A stretch of DNA of 64,000 bases, taken from the NCBI RefSeq assembly GCF_006345805.1, contig NC_043016.1, forward strand, positions 31,620,001 through 31,684,000, given 5' to 3'. This DNA comes from Octopus sinensis. Taxonomy: Eukaryota. Positions 1-10,994 of the stretch are shown here, in pieces. The position numbers and the translations under genes are program-made. Under the pieces are notes generated by a model. The model saw nothing but the letters and a program-made list of their open reading frames with translations. It did not search any database and was not told where the DNA came from. Every line of letters starts with the position of its first letter. The first letter of the stretch is position 1.

Positions 1-59
1 AATAAACATTGTGTGCAAAAGGTATAAAAATTCAGCATAACCCTATGCATGCCTCACCA

Positions 60-112
60 AAGCATTACCATGCCCCACTGGTGGGGCATGCACCCTACGT
101 TGGGAATCACGG
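60..112 (-). mobile_element. Possible end of a hAT-type MITE with internal palindrome
   Basis: CATGCCCCAC-TG-GTGGGGCATG hairpin at 69-90; the minus strand reads ...GTGATTCCCAAC..., resembling hAT MITE termini (CAGTGGTTCCCAAC). The other end was not found. Confidence 0.3.
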
Positions 113-721
113 GTCCAGACAGAGAAAACTAACAAGTTTACTTGCCATATGTTAAAAGAACCATTATCGGTAAACTTATACAAAAATTCTACAATTATGA
201 GTATAATTATAATTAGGGTTCAGCAAAAATTTGCTTCACCACATACCAAAATTTAGAAATAGCAGTTAAAACTAACTATTTCACTACCAAAAGAAAATCT
301 TCCAGACAGCAATACTCAATAAGTTGTACATTAACCAAAATGAAAAAAGACATTAAATTGAATATCATATATAAAGGCACCTTTTTCAATTGTTATTAGC
401 TTATCTTTTTAGCTAATATTTCACTTCATTCATGTGTGAGGGGACATATGTTCAATCACAAAACTTCTATACACAATTATGTAAAAGATGCATCAGCAAA
501 CATGTTAACCTGCCAAAAGTTGTCCATAAATCTACATTGAATTACAGCAGAGTCTTAACAATGAAAGGGCTCACTGGACAATGCAAGCCTATATGCTCTA
601 TCCATGAAAAAAAAGAATGGTTGTTTGGAACACTTGATCCTACTTCTTCTTGACCAGAGATTATATAAACAGTCATTACTATTTTGCTTCATTCAATGTT
701 TTTCGATATATATATATTAGA

Positions 722-1104
722 TGTAGGAGTGGCTGTGTGGTAAGTAGCATACTTGCCAACCACATGGTTCTGGGTTCATTCCCACTGTGCGGCACCTTGG
801 GCAAATGTCTTCTACTATAGCCTCGGGTCGACCAAAGCCTTGTGAGTGGATTTGGTAGACGGAAACTGAAAGAAGCTCATCGTATATATGAATATATGTA
901 TATGTTTGTGTGTCTGTGTTTGACCCCCAACATCATTTGATGACCAATGGTGGTGTGTTTACGTCCCTGTAACTTAGCGGTTCGGCAAAAGAGACCAATA
1001 GAATAAGTACTAGGCTTACAAAGAATAACTCCTGGGGTCGATTTGCTCGACTAAAGGTGGTGCTCCAGCATGGCCACACTCAAATGACTGAAACAAGTAA
1101 AAGA

Positions 1105-1105
<1 letters not shown>
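722..1105 (+). mobile_element. tRNA-headed SINE, family A (most abundant repeat in the window)
   Basis: Head GGAGTGGCTGTGTGGTAAG...GGGTTC..TCCCACTG (A/B-box-like), body GCACCTTGGGCAA.TGTCTTCTACTATAGCC...GGAAACTGAAAGAAGC, a (TA/TG)n spacer and a conserved 3' module ending CAAATGACTGAAACAAGTAAAAGAG. At least 20 full or partial copies in the window. Confidence 0.85.
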
Positions 1106-1140
<35 letters not shown>

Positions 1141-1444
1141 AAAAACATTGAATGAAGCAAAATAGCAATGATTGTTTATATAATCAGTTAATCCTGTGTT
1201 CAACACATCTTGTACCTTGTTTTGTCTGATGAAATTTTGTATGATGCCACAACTAAGAAAGCCTTTATATGGTTGTTGAACCAACTAGATGCAGCAATCA
1301 AATTTCGTCAAACCACACCTTACCATAGGTAATGGAAAGACACATTTAAAAGATAAAATAGAATGGAATGGTCATGATGAGATTGCCTCTGATCATGTCT
1401 GCATGATGAAGAATGAATTAGAACCAAATAACAGCAATGATCAT

Positions 1445-1745
1445 GGAGGCACATGGCCTAGTGGTTAGAGCAGTGGACTTGCAGTCGAGGGATTGTGGGT
1501 TCGAATCTCAGACCAGGCGATGTGTGTGATTATGAGTGAAACATCTAAGCTCCACGCGGCTCTGGCAGAAGGTAATGGCGAACTTCTGCTGATTCTTTTG
1601 TCACAACTTTCTCTCACTCTTTCCTCCTGCAGCTTGCAGCTCACCTGCGATGGACTAGCGTCCTGTCCAGGTGGGGAACCTATATGCCAAGGAAACCGGG
1701 AAACCGACCCTATGAGCCAGACATGGCTCGAGAAGGAACAAACAT
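1445..1745 (+). mobile_element. tRNA-headed SINE, family C
   Basis: Head GGCCTAGTGGTTAG...GGGTTCGAATCTCAGACC with clear pol III A/B boxes and body CCTGCGATGGACTAGCGTCCTGTCCAGG. Related copies at 9310-9650 (+), 27200-27445 (-) and 36740-36980 (-). Confidence 0.8.
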
Positions 1746-2124
1746 AAAAAAGCAATGATTAGCAGGTATTTAACAAATGTAATATCATGAGGTACTGTGA
1801 GATAAGTTTATCAGACTAAAAAAATAAATAATAAATGTTTGAACAGCAAAATCACCATAAATGAATGGACAGACATTTCAAAAGTGTTTGCAATGGTTAT
1901 CGTTACTGTTTAATGTTTTACTTTTCCATGTTCACAAGGGGTGATGGGAATTTGTTGAGGTATATTTTCTATAGGTGGATACCCTGCCCATCACCATCCC
2001 TCACTTGTTTCCAAATAAGACAATATTTTCCTTTTGACCAGACAGGTTTCCATGAAAGATTGGAAAGAAAGGACACCATGATGGTAACACTCATTTACAT
2101 ATCACTTGATGTCAAAAGGGGGCA

Positions 2125-2188
<64 letters not shown>

Positions 2189-2193
<5 letters not shown>

Positions 2194-2331
2194 AATAAAT
2201 GAAAGAATGGAGTTGAACAACGAATTAACAAAATTCCTTTATTTTCGACATATGTTTCCTTCGAAACATATGTCGAGAATAAAGGATTTTGTTAAATCGT
2301 CGTTCAACTCCATTCTTTCATTTATTTGTAT
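2189..2331. repeat. ~143-bp near-perfect palindrome (about 70-bp arms, 4-nt loop CTTC) abutting (TA)n
   Basis: ATACAAATAAATGAAAGAATGGAGTTGAAC...CATATGTTTC pairs with GAAACATATG...GTTCAACTCCATTCTTTCATTTATTTGTAT with a few mismatches. Confidence 0.9.
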
Positions 2332-2504
2332 TAAAAAAAACACACAAATTTCCACACGAAAGCATGTGATCTCTGCCCTTGGCATGTAGCTTCAACCGTG
2401 TTTTTCTGATGTGAATTTGCTACCCAGGTATCGGTTAACCGAATTATCCATACTAAGATAATTCATTCAACTACTTATATATATGTGTATATATATATAT
2501 ATGC

Positions 2505-2830
2505 ACAGGTGTGGCTGTGTGGTAAGTTTGCCTCCCAGTCATATGGTTCAGTCTCACTGGGTAGCACCTTAAGCAGTGCATTCTACTATTACCTCAGACC
2601 AACCAGTCTCGTGAGTGAATTTGGTAGATGGAAACTGAAAGAAGCCGGTTGTGTGTGTGTCTGTCCCTCACTACTGCTTGACAACTGGTGTTGGTGTGTT
2701 TACATCATTGCAATTTAGCAAGAAACTGATAGAATAAGCACCAGGCTTAACAAAAAATAAGTGCTGGGGCTGATTCTTTTAACTAAAAATTCTTCTAGAC
2801 AGTGCCCCTAATGACTGAAACAAGTAAAAA
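2505..2830 (+). mobile_element. SINE family A copy
   Basis: Same head, body and 3' module as 722-1105. Confidence 0.8.
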
Positions 2831-3269
2831 AAAAAACAAAAGATATAGATTTCTTTCAGTTTCCATCTAGCAAATCCATTGACCTGAAAACCATGTGATT
2901 GGGAAGCAAACTTCTTACTACGCAACTGCATTTGCACATGGCTGTGTGGTAATAAAAATTATTTATAATGCTTCAGTTATGTTTTTAATACCACACATCT
3001 CAAAACAGGGATACTTTTCAGGCATACTACATGAAATGTAATTTTGATTGCATGAAATTTAAATGAAATTAACAAAATTTGAATTATTGATTGCTAGTAT
3101 AGATTAAAAAAAAACAATTGCATTTCCTAATTTTAGAAAAGTAAGTTATAAATTAAAATTTGTATTGTGAGATACAAATAAGATGCTAATCTATTTTCAA
3201 ATGCATAAATGCTGATAGAACAGCAGAGATAGGATAAAATAGCCATACAAAGTAGGAGAATTTGTCAGC

Positions 3270-3712
3270 AACCAGCCTCTCAACACCAGTACTTTTTTTC
3301 TTTTTAAAGTCTGTTTATTCTAACAGTCTCTTTACTGACTGGTTACAAGGACATAACAGCAACCAAACACAGCCTCTCAACACCAGTACTTTTTTTCTTT
3401 TTTAAAGTCTAGTACTTATTCTAACAGTCTCTTTTACTGAACACTAGGTTACAAGGACATAAACAAAACCAACACCAACTGACAAGTGGTGTTGTGGGAC
3501 AAACACAGAGACAAAGACACATACATATATATGTATAGACATGGTGGTCTTCTTTCAGTTTCTATCTACCAAATCAACTCGCAATGCTTTGTTCAGCCTA
3601 GCGCTAAAGTAGAAGACACTTGCTCAAAGTGCCACTTAGTGGGACTGAACCCAGAACTATCTGGTTGGGAAGCAAATTTCTTACCACACAGCCACACCTG
3701 TGACTATATTTT
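3270..3712 (-). mobile_element. SINE family A copy with local ~100-bp tandem duplication of its 3' module
   Basis: CAGCCTCTCAACACCAGTACTTTTTTTCTTTTTTAAAGTCT...GGTTACAAGGACATAA occurs twice (about 3273-3357 and 3371-3462), followed by the reverse-complement SINE body and head. Confidence 0.75.
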
Positions 3713-4072
3713 ATTTTTATTGAATTTAAATCCCTCCTTAGTTCTCAAGTTATCATTGGAAAAAAAAAAAGATTAATATTTTCAAACAAAGAAATACAAA
3801 TTAAGTGTGGATTATTGTTTTTTTTATTTTTTATTTTGTCTAGGGACAACTTATGAATAGACAAAAAAAAAACATAAATTCATATGAATGAAATAGAGAT
3901 GGTCACTTATGTAGAAACCACTTCGTAAATTTTAATGTGTGGAATGGTTGTTATAAACTTTAAGTGAAAATAAAGAAATTTTGTAGATGTAACTGCTGAT
4001 TTCATATAATTTATTAAATTTTGGTTACAAACATTAAATGCAGGACTAACGATTACTTATTTTCCATCCCTA

Positions 4073-4549
4073 TTAAAAGTCTGTTGTCCAAAGCTTTATC
4101 AATTCTTGATTATTAAGGGATAATGCATGCTGATAAATATTGCTGAAGATTTTGTCTTCTGATTGGTTAGCATCAATAATTTTCCAAGTTTCATCTTTTA
4201 GCTTCATAAACTGCTCCAAAACCTTCTTTTGAAATTCAACTTGCTCATAGCGTTCCTCACCTGCACCTTTTCGACAATTTGCAATTTCAGGTTGGAGATT
4301 CAAAAAGAAAACACAGTGTGGTTTTAAACAAACCACTGTCAGGTGCTTTGCACACCATTTAAGAGAAAGCGAAAACCTTTGGCAGCAGTTGTAGGCACCC
4401 CGTGTTTCACGGTTGGGAAATTTCTGTAAGATAACTTTCTTCCCATTTTTCTCAAAAGCGTCTTTTAGTTTTTGACTTTGAGTACTTTTTCCACATCTAT
4501 CGATGCCTTCAAAGACAATAAACTGACCACGGTGGATCGCACGAGACAT
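4073..4549 (-). pseudogene. DTYMK: Intronless thymidylate kinase (dTMP kinase) copy with ~50-codon internal deletion and compensating frameshifts; probable processed pseudogene
   Basis: N-terminus RGQFIVFEGIDRCGKSTQ (P-loop), FPNR, and C-terminal KP.CVFFL, EERYEQVEFQKKV, WKIIDAN...LW are diagnostic for dTMP kinase. The segment between FPNRET and GVAY (including the DRY motif) is missing. The motifs YTAAKGF and KAPDSGL are present in shifted frames at 4330-4400. No introns; AATAAA and an A-rich tract lie downstream. Confidence 0.8.
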
Positions 4550-4889
4550 GTTGGTGGGATTATATTTTCGGCAAACAACAGCGGAGGAGTAATTTCTAAA
4601 AAAAGAAACATGACTGTGTCAAGTTTACAAGATTTTCAGCATTTAACCCACTTATAAAATCAATGACAAATTATAATATGTGTACATACTTATATGTTTT
4701 AAGAGCTTGTGATTCATACTAAAAGCCTTTAATCATTGTTTTTTTTTGGTTTTTTTCATTATCAGTTTTGGGCAGAAAGGGTATTCAACTGATCTAACAG
4801 AATTACATTGCAGATATAAGGATAGATAAATGAAAAACAATGGACATTCATTGTCTAAAAAAAAAAAAAAACTTATTAATGCACCTACT

Positions 4890-5275
4890 ATTTAATCTTT
4901 TATTCATGTCAGTCACTGGGCTGTGGCCAAGCTAGAGCATTGCCATGAAGGATTTTATTCAAAAAAATCACCCCCACACCCACCCGAGTACTTATTTTTT
5001 TAAAACCCAGTATTTATTCTATTCATCTTTTCTCCAAATCACTAAGTTATGAAGACATAAACAAACCAACACTTTCAAGCAGTGGCGGGGACAGACACAG
5101 ACATAAAAGAAACACACACACACACACACATAGATGTAGATACATAAATATATACAACAGGCTTCTTTCATATTCAACCTACCAATCTACTCACAAAACT
5201 TTGGTTGGCCCAGGGAAGATATTTGCCCCAGGTACCTTAGAGTGGAACTGAACCTCGTTGGGAAGCAAGCTTCTT
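4890..5275 (-). mobile_element. SINE family A copy, interrupted; its head resumes at 6863-6895
   Basis: The body ends at GGGAAGCAAGCTTCTT (5275) and the expected continuation ACCACACAGCCA follows the second GAAGCAAGCTTCTT at 6863-6876. Confidence 0.8.
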
Positions 5276-5420
5276 TATTTCATTACATAGATGGAAGCTT
5301 TGCGGGCAGGACACAGACACAATGATGATGGAATGAAAAAAGAGATGGTTGGTGGGGGAAGCAGCCAACGCCCGCTGATTGTTACTTCCCGATAACATTA
5401 TTCTTTTTTAAAAACGCAAA

Positions 5421-5568
5421 TGAGGTGTTGAACCTCTTACAACAATTACAAATTGAGGCACTGAGCCTCTTACCAATCAAAAAAAAAGTCTAGCAAAGTA
5501 TATCCAACTTGAGGCGCTAAGCCTCTCACCAATCTCCATGTTCGAATCGAGGCACTAAGACCTCTTAC
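5421..5568 (-). repeat. Four dispersed ~20-nt stem-loop repeats (GTRAGAGGY-loop-RCCTC) with unique spacers, in the 3' UTR of the insertion
   Basis: Plus-strand units start at 5421, 5454, 5510 and 5548: TGAGGTGTTGAACCTCTTAC, TGAGGCACTGAGCCTCTTAC, TGAGGCGCTAAGCCTCTCAC, CGAGGCACTAAGACCTCTTAC. Confidence 0.85.
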
Positions 5569-5603
5569 TCTACCTCCCCGATTAAGTCTCTTGCCGCCTG
5601 CAG

Positions 5604-6379
5604 TCACAAGCCAGGGTCACATAAGAGATAATTATATTCATCCTTGGTAAAGGAATCCATCACCCTGTAGAAGTAATTTTCCTCCATGTCCTCCGCAGCC
5701 ACCTCCTGAGGCCAATCCTTGCTTTCAGTGCAGGTCAGGACCGCCTGTTCCCAACCTTCCAGATTCCTCACAAATTTTTCTGTGGCCCCTCCCTTAAGAA
5801 AGAAGATCACAAATTCCTCATTTATTATATTGGAAGGGGCCACAGTTTCCTCCATCAGTGGCACAATTCCCACTGATGAGGTTTCGGGACATGCCAGCAG
5901 TGTACTGCTAACCGCTGGCACTGTCCCATTCTTTTCCTTCTTTTTTCTTGTCTTTGATACAGGAGGGGGTGGTTCCTCTGCTTTAACCGGAAGATCATCC
6001 CTCTCTCCCGCAGCTTTAGGGTCCTTCGGTGAGCAACCATTGTTGCTTACCTTCTTTGTTTTTTGCCCCCCCTTTTCTTTGGGGGGGGGTCTCTACCTCC
6101 ATCTCTCCCTCCGGAGGAGGAGGGCTTTTCCATAACATTTTGCCATGTTATTTTTTTGGAAAATAGCAACCATACAGTTGCATATTTGACCCCACTGGAG
6201 ATGAATTTAATAGTTGGCAAATACTCTGCCAACTCTTTTACAATTTGAAAGAGGGCGATGGTGTTAAGCGACTTTAAGTAAGTCCTTAACACCACTGTCC
6301 TATCTTCAACGTTTTTCATCCACTGTTTTTGTGGGACAATCTCCCACTCTAACGTAGTGTTGTTTATCTTTTTTCCCAT
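5604..6379 (-). pseudogene. Frameshifted LINE ORF1-like (RRM-like N-terminus, K/P-rich linker, acidic C-terminus) coding region
   Basis: MGKKINN...VEDRTVVLRTY...KELAEYLPTIKFISSGVKYATVWLLFS resembles the RRM-like region of L1/Tx1-type ORF1 proteins. The frame ending at stop 5604 is open from 6092, and the frames break in homopolymer runs (G9 at 6081-6089). The homology is by eye only. Confidence 0.45.
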
Positions 6380-7554
6380 GTTTATTTTTTTTGAAAAATG
6401 TTCACAAAAAAAACAAAAGTTCACAGAGTTAAAAGAAACAAAAATGCAGAAAGGAAGGAAGAAGACAACAGTTCAAAAACACATCAAACTATTCTGGCTG
6501 TCCTGGTACTCCTGGCTAACTCAGTAATCCACTTGGTAAGGGCATAAAACAGTCACACAACAATTTCACCAAAAATTGGTAAAAAAATAAGTATAATTAT
6601 AGGAGGAGGGATACGCCCCGAAAACACACTTCTCACCACTAAGTGAGACTTTAAACACAACTACAGGCAGACAATTTGCCAGGAACTCAGTGGAGATTTC
6701 TTGTTTGACAAAATAATTAAACATGAGCAACAAACTCCCACTGAATCCCCAAAAAAACAAACGCTTTACCTTGTAGTTGTGCTTCACTTGTTCAATAATT
6801 CATAATGTTGGTGTCATGACTCCTAGCAGTGCAAAGAAAACACTGACAACAACGCATGCACAGAAGCAAGCTTCTTACCACACAGCCATGCTTGCTGAAT
6901 TATATTTAATTATTTCTATATATACCTCTACACATATCGTTAATGTTGTTATATAAATAATGCTGGGTAAGCTTTGAACAAGTGCATTCCAGCCATGGCC
7001 ACAACTTTGGGGTTCAGAATATTCAGCTCCCACTTCCTTTTTTTTAGGACAGCAGAATGTGATAACTGAAGAAAATTTGGTTGCTATCTCTAGAAAGTCA
7101 AATAACTTCATAGAGATACATTTATTAGTGCTGCCTAAGTTGTTACTGTTTGGCTCCAAGTGAGACATGATTGTGCAAACCTATGATCAAATGCATAGAG
7201 GCAACTATGCATGCCCTGTAATTTTTTTTTTTTTTTATGATGGTGAACTATGATTTAAGGGTATTTATCTTTTAATCATTTATTTGCTTCAGTTAGTGTT
7301 AAGATGGGCATCTAACGGTGAAATCCATGCCAAAACAGATACAGAAGCATGGCGCAGGCTCCCACCTGGCCAGCTCCTATTAAACCAGCAAACCCATTGC
7401 TAGCATGGAAGAAGGCCGTTAAACAATGATGATGATATATATTCACACACAAGATGGGCTTCTTTAAGTTTTAGTACAGCTGGAGCCATGCCTGCACCTG
7501 TTTGATTGCTCTCTTTCTCTCTCTGTATCAGTCCAACAATTATATAGAGATATA

Positions 7555-8510
7555 TCATCATTATCGTTTAATGTCCGTTTTCGATGCTGGCATGGGTTGG
7601 ATGGGTTGACTGAGGTCTGGGGAGCCAGTGGCTGCACCAGGTTCCAGTTTGATCCGGCAATGTTTCTACAGCTGGATGCCCTTCCTAACGCCAACCACTC
7701 CAAGAGTGTAGTGGGTGAGTTTTACGTGCCACTAAAACAGGAGCCAATTAGGTAGTCCTGACATCGATCACATTCAGATAGTGCTTTTTACGTGCCACCA
7801 GCACAGGAGCCAGTCAGGGGGTACTGGCATCGGCCACATTCAGATGGTGCTTTTTGTGTGCCACTGGCATGAGGGCCAGTCAAGCAGTCCTGGCATCAAT
7901 CACATTTGGATAGTGCTTTTTACATGCCACCAACATGGGAGCCAGTCAGGGGGAACTGGCATCGGCCACATACAGATGGAGCTTTTTATGTGCCACTGGC
8001 ATGGGAGCCAGTTAGGGAACACTGGCCACAGCTACGATTTTAGTTTTACTTGACTCAACAGATCTTCTCAAGCATATCAGATTGCCTGAGACATCAAGGG
8101 TACTCTTAAATGGGTCAGACATGCAACACTGACATCAGCCATGGCTGTGATCTCACTTTAGTTGCTGGGTCTTCTCAATTACAGCATATACCAAAGGCCT
8201 CAGTCTCCTGTCATTGCCTCCTTATTCCCAATGTTCAAAAGTCACGCTTCAGCACCTCATCCCGTGTCTTCCTGGGTCTGTCTCTTCCACATTTAGAGAG
8301 TGGCACTTCCTCATGCAGCTGTCTTCATCCATATGTAACACATGACCATACCAACACAGTCGTCTCTCTTGCACATTTGATGCTTCTTATGCCCAACTTT
8401 TTCTAAGAGCACTTACACTTTGTCATGTTTGCACACTGATATTACACATTCAGTGGAACATACTAGCTTCATTTCTTTCAAGCCTATGCATGTCCTCAGC
8501 AATCATGGCC
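7555..8510 (-). mobile_element. RTE-clade LINE 3' end (C-terminal ORF remnant, 3' UTR with ~62-bp tandem repeats, (GAT)n tail)
   Basis: The minus strand gives ...RLERNEASM...RRLCWYGHVLHMDEDSCMRKC... with stops; tandem GTGCTTTTTACGTGCCACC units at 7780-8030; CATCAT tail at about 7555. Confidence 0.85.
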
Positions 8511-8517
8511 CATAAAT

Positions 8518-8548
<31 letters not shown>

Positions 8549-8579
8549 TATATTTTATTTTAATTTATTTTATAGAAGG

Positions 8580-8630
8580 AGCTTCTACAGGACAAGAACT
8601 GTTTCATTCAAATGAAATCATCAGGAAGCT
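8580..8630 (-). ncRNA. Type I hammerhead ribozyme motif (canonical C3-G8 core) in a (TA)n-anchored repeat
   Basis: Minus strand: AGCTTC-CTGATGA-TTTC(ATTT)GAAT-GAAA-CAG(TTCTTGTC)CTG-TA^-GAAGCT. Stem I 6 bp, stem III 3 bp, GUA triplet; the first pair of stem II is a U-U mismatch. Confidence 0.7.
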
Positions 8631-9309
8631 TGGTGTCAAGAATAGTTTTGGCATTTATACATTTAGGCAGATTTAATGGGGTGGTGGTGGGGGACTTTTT
8701 TTGGGGTAGGCATGGCGCAAACTGTCTTTCTTAGAGGAGTGGTCAAAAAATCAGTGATAAAGTAGATAAATGAATAAATAGAATAATAGAATAGAGTTTT
8801 AGGTAAATAAGAAGACTATCGCTTATATATATATATATATACATACATATACACACTGGTCAATCTGGTTAAAGTTTCGATCTGCAACCTAGTACAGTTC
8901 CCCAGTTGGCCAGCACCTATCAAACTATCCAACCCATGCCAGCATAGAAAATGGATATTAAATGATGATCTGTCTCTCACACACAATCTGGCACAGAACT
9001 GTTGCCCCTTAACCCTCTCAAATAATAACTCATCCTCTATATAACTGAGAAAGTTTTTTCCTTCTTTTTTTTCTCATTCCTTTCCAAGTTACTTGGCAAT
9101 CTCACTCTGTAAAGTGATTGAAATAAGAGCAACCAGCTATAGAAACTACGCCAAAGATGACAGAGCTTGGCATGGTCTTACAGCCAAATCTTGTCAAACC
9201 ATATGCCAGCATGGAAAACAGATGTTAAACGATGATGATGATGACACAGTTATATATTCATACATATATATAAAAAAGAACATATCTCTAGCTCTCTCTC
9301 ATATATGTG

Positions 9310-9650
9310 TAGGTGCAATGACACTGGTTAGGGCAGTGGACTTGCAGTCATAGGATCGCAGTTTCGATTCCCAGACCTAAAGGTCCACGTGGCTCCGGCA
9401 GGGGAGGTGGCGAACTTTGCTGTATTCTTCCACCACAACTTTCTCTCACTCTTTCTTCTACTTTCTGTTGTATCTGTATTCCAAAGGACCAGCCTTGTCA
9501 CATTCCGTGTCATGCTGAATCTCTCCAAGAACTACGTTAAAGCTACACATGTCTGTGGAGTACAAACCACTTGCACGTTAATTTCACAAGCAGGCTGTTT
9601 CACTGATTGAATCAACTGGAACCCTCTTCGTTGTAACCAACAGTGCCACA
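9310..9650 (+). mobile_element. SINE family C variant
   Basis: Head ...CTGGTTAGGGCAGTGGACTTGCAGTC...GTTTCGATTCCCAGACC, sharing its 5' part with 1445-1745 but with a different 3' module. Confidence 0.7.
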
Positions 9651-9695
9651 ATATATATACACATAAATATATATACATACAGGTGTGTTTGTGTG

Positions 9696-9742
<47 letters not shown>

Positions 9743-10994
9743 TATATAAAACTTACATAAATACTTTATATGTAGAAGACCCACCCACATTGGTGAAACT
9801 AAATACTAGAAGTATTGATATGTGGTTCTTGAGAAGACCTGCTCAAATCAGTGAAAAATTTCAAAGCACAGTGTGTATGTGTGCACGTACAACTGAACTC
9901 TTAAGCAAAATGCTTCCTCGAGACACCCCTACAACCCATCATTTCTCTAACTGAAGTTTTTACTTGCACCAAACCATTTCACATGATGTCCTCCCCACCC
10001 ACATTTTACATTGATCACTCTACTTACCAGCCAAAATTATCATTCCTACATTGCTGTCACCTTATATCTCTCACTCTCCTCATGCACAATGCTCTACATT
10101 GTAACAACCTACCCAACCACACTGTCATCTCTCTCTTTCTCATCCTTTCCTTATGTAATGTATAGATATCATGATTCTGCTGTTCTTCATCCTCATGCAC
10201 CATCAGTCTCCTCACCATCCTTTATCAACCATTTACAATGGTTACCCCACCCCCAACACCTTCATCCATTACATCCACATACCTTGCACCCATTACCCAT
10301 CTCTCACTCTCCCAAACTCTCATGCAAAATCTATCCACTCACAATCCTGGTTATTCTAAACCCCTCTTTCCTGTACACATCATAAACTTGAGGGTCCACC
10401 CAGAAACCATATCACTAAAATAAGACCTGTTAATCTGACATGATGAATCCTGTGTCAACTACCCTGCCAATGTCAGTATGGAAAGCAGATACATCTATAT
10501 ATATAAAAGTATAAACAGGCAAACAAATGGCATCAGGTTAGATTATAACATTTGTAAACTGAAACACAAGGGTACAGTTATTATAAAAGCATAGACCTCT
10601 CTCCGATGATGGAATAGATCTCTATATGGGTAACTACAGTTTGTTTGCAAGGAAATGCAACATTTGCATGACTGCTCTTGAAACAGCTGTACCAGGCTAT
10701 CTGCACAGCTTAGTTTCTGCTTCCTTATGACCTATATTCTTGTAATAACTCAACCATCATGTTTAAATATAATATATCAAACCTGATATCAGTTGTTTTG
10801 CTAGTTTATACTTTTATTCAGTTGCACACATATCAGCTTAATTGATAAACTGCCCATAGCCAATTGTCATTAATATTAACAATCCTTGCTTTTAGTAGCA
10901 GTTTAAGTTGGAGTTTTAAGTAGTGCATCAACCTGAACACCAATTGTATGTACTGATTACCTTATGTCAGACATACATACATATATATATATAT

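Larger units (their letters stand above)
5276..6862 (-). mobile_element. 1587-bp non-LTR retro-insertion with 14-bp TSD; ORF1-only (HAL1-like) element
   Basis: Perfect direct repeats GAAGCAAGCTTCTT at 5262-5275 and 6863-6876, no TIRs, and a minus-strand 3' end TGTAATGAAATA|AAG (AATAAA running into the target). Contains a single degenerate ORF1-like reading frame and no RT or endonuclease motifs. Confidence 0.7.

Noticed and set aside
1445-1520. tRNA gene
   Set aside because: The tRNA-like A/B boxes continue into a repeat body found in several copies, so this is a SINE head, not a tRNA.
1865-2389. 174-aa ORF
   Set aside because: Runs through (CA)n/(TA)n and the palindrome; not protein-like.
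5421-5568. CRISPR-like repeat-spacer appearance
   Set aside because: Eukaryotic context, only four short divergent repeats, very irregular spacers and no cas genes; better explained as RNA stem-loops in a retroelement UTR.
7048-7159. Open 112-nt plus-strand segment between AG and GTGAGA (GQQNVITEENLVAIS...)
   Set aside because: No homology and no partner exons; could be chance.
9770-10430. Overlapping ORFs in a C/A-rich segment; DMWFLRR motif
   Set aside because: At most a very decayed LINE remnant; too degenerate to call.
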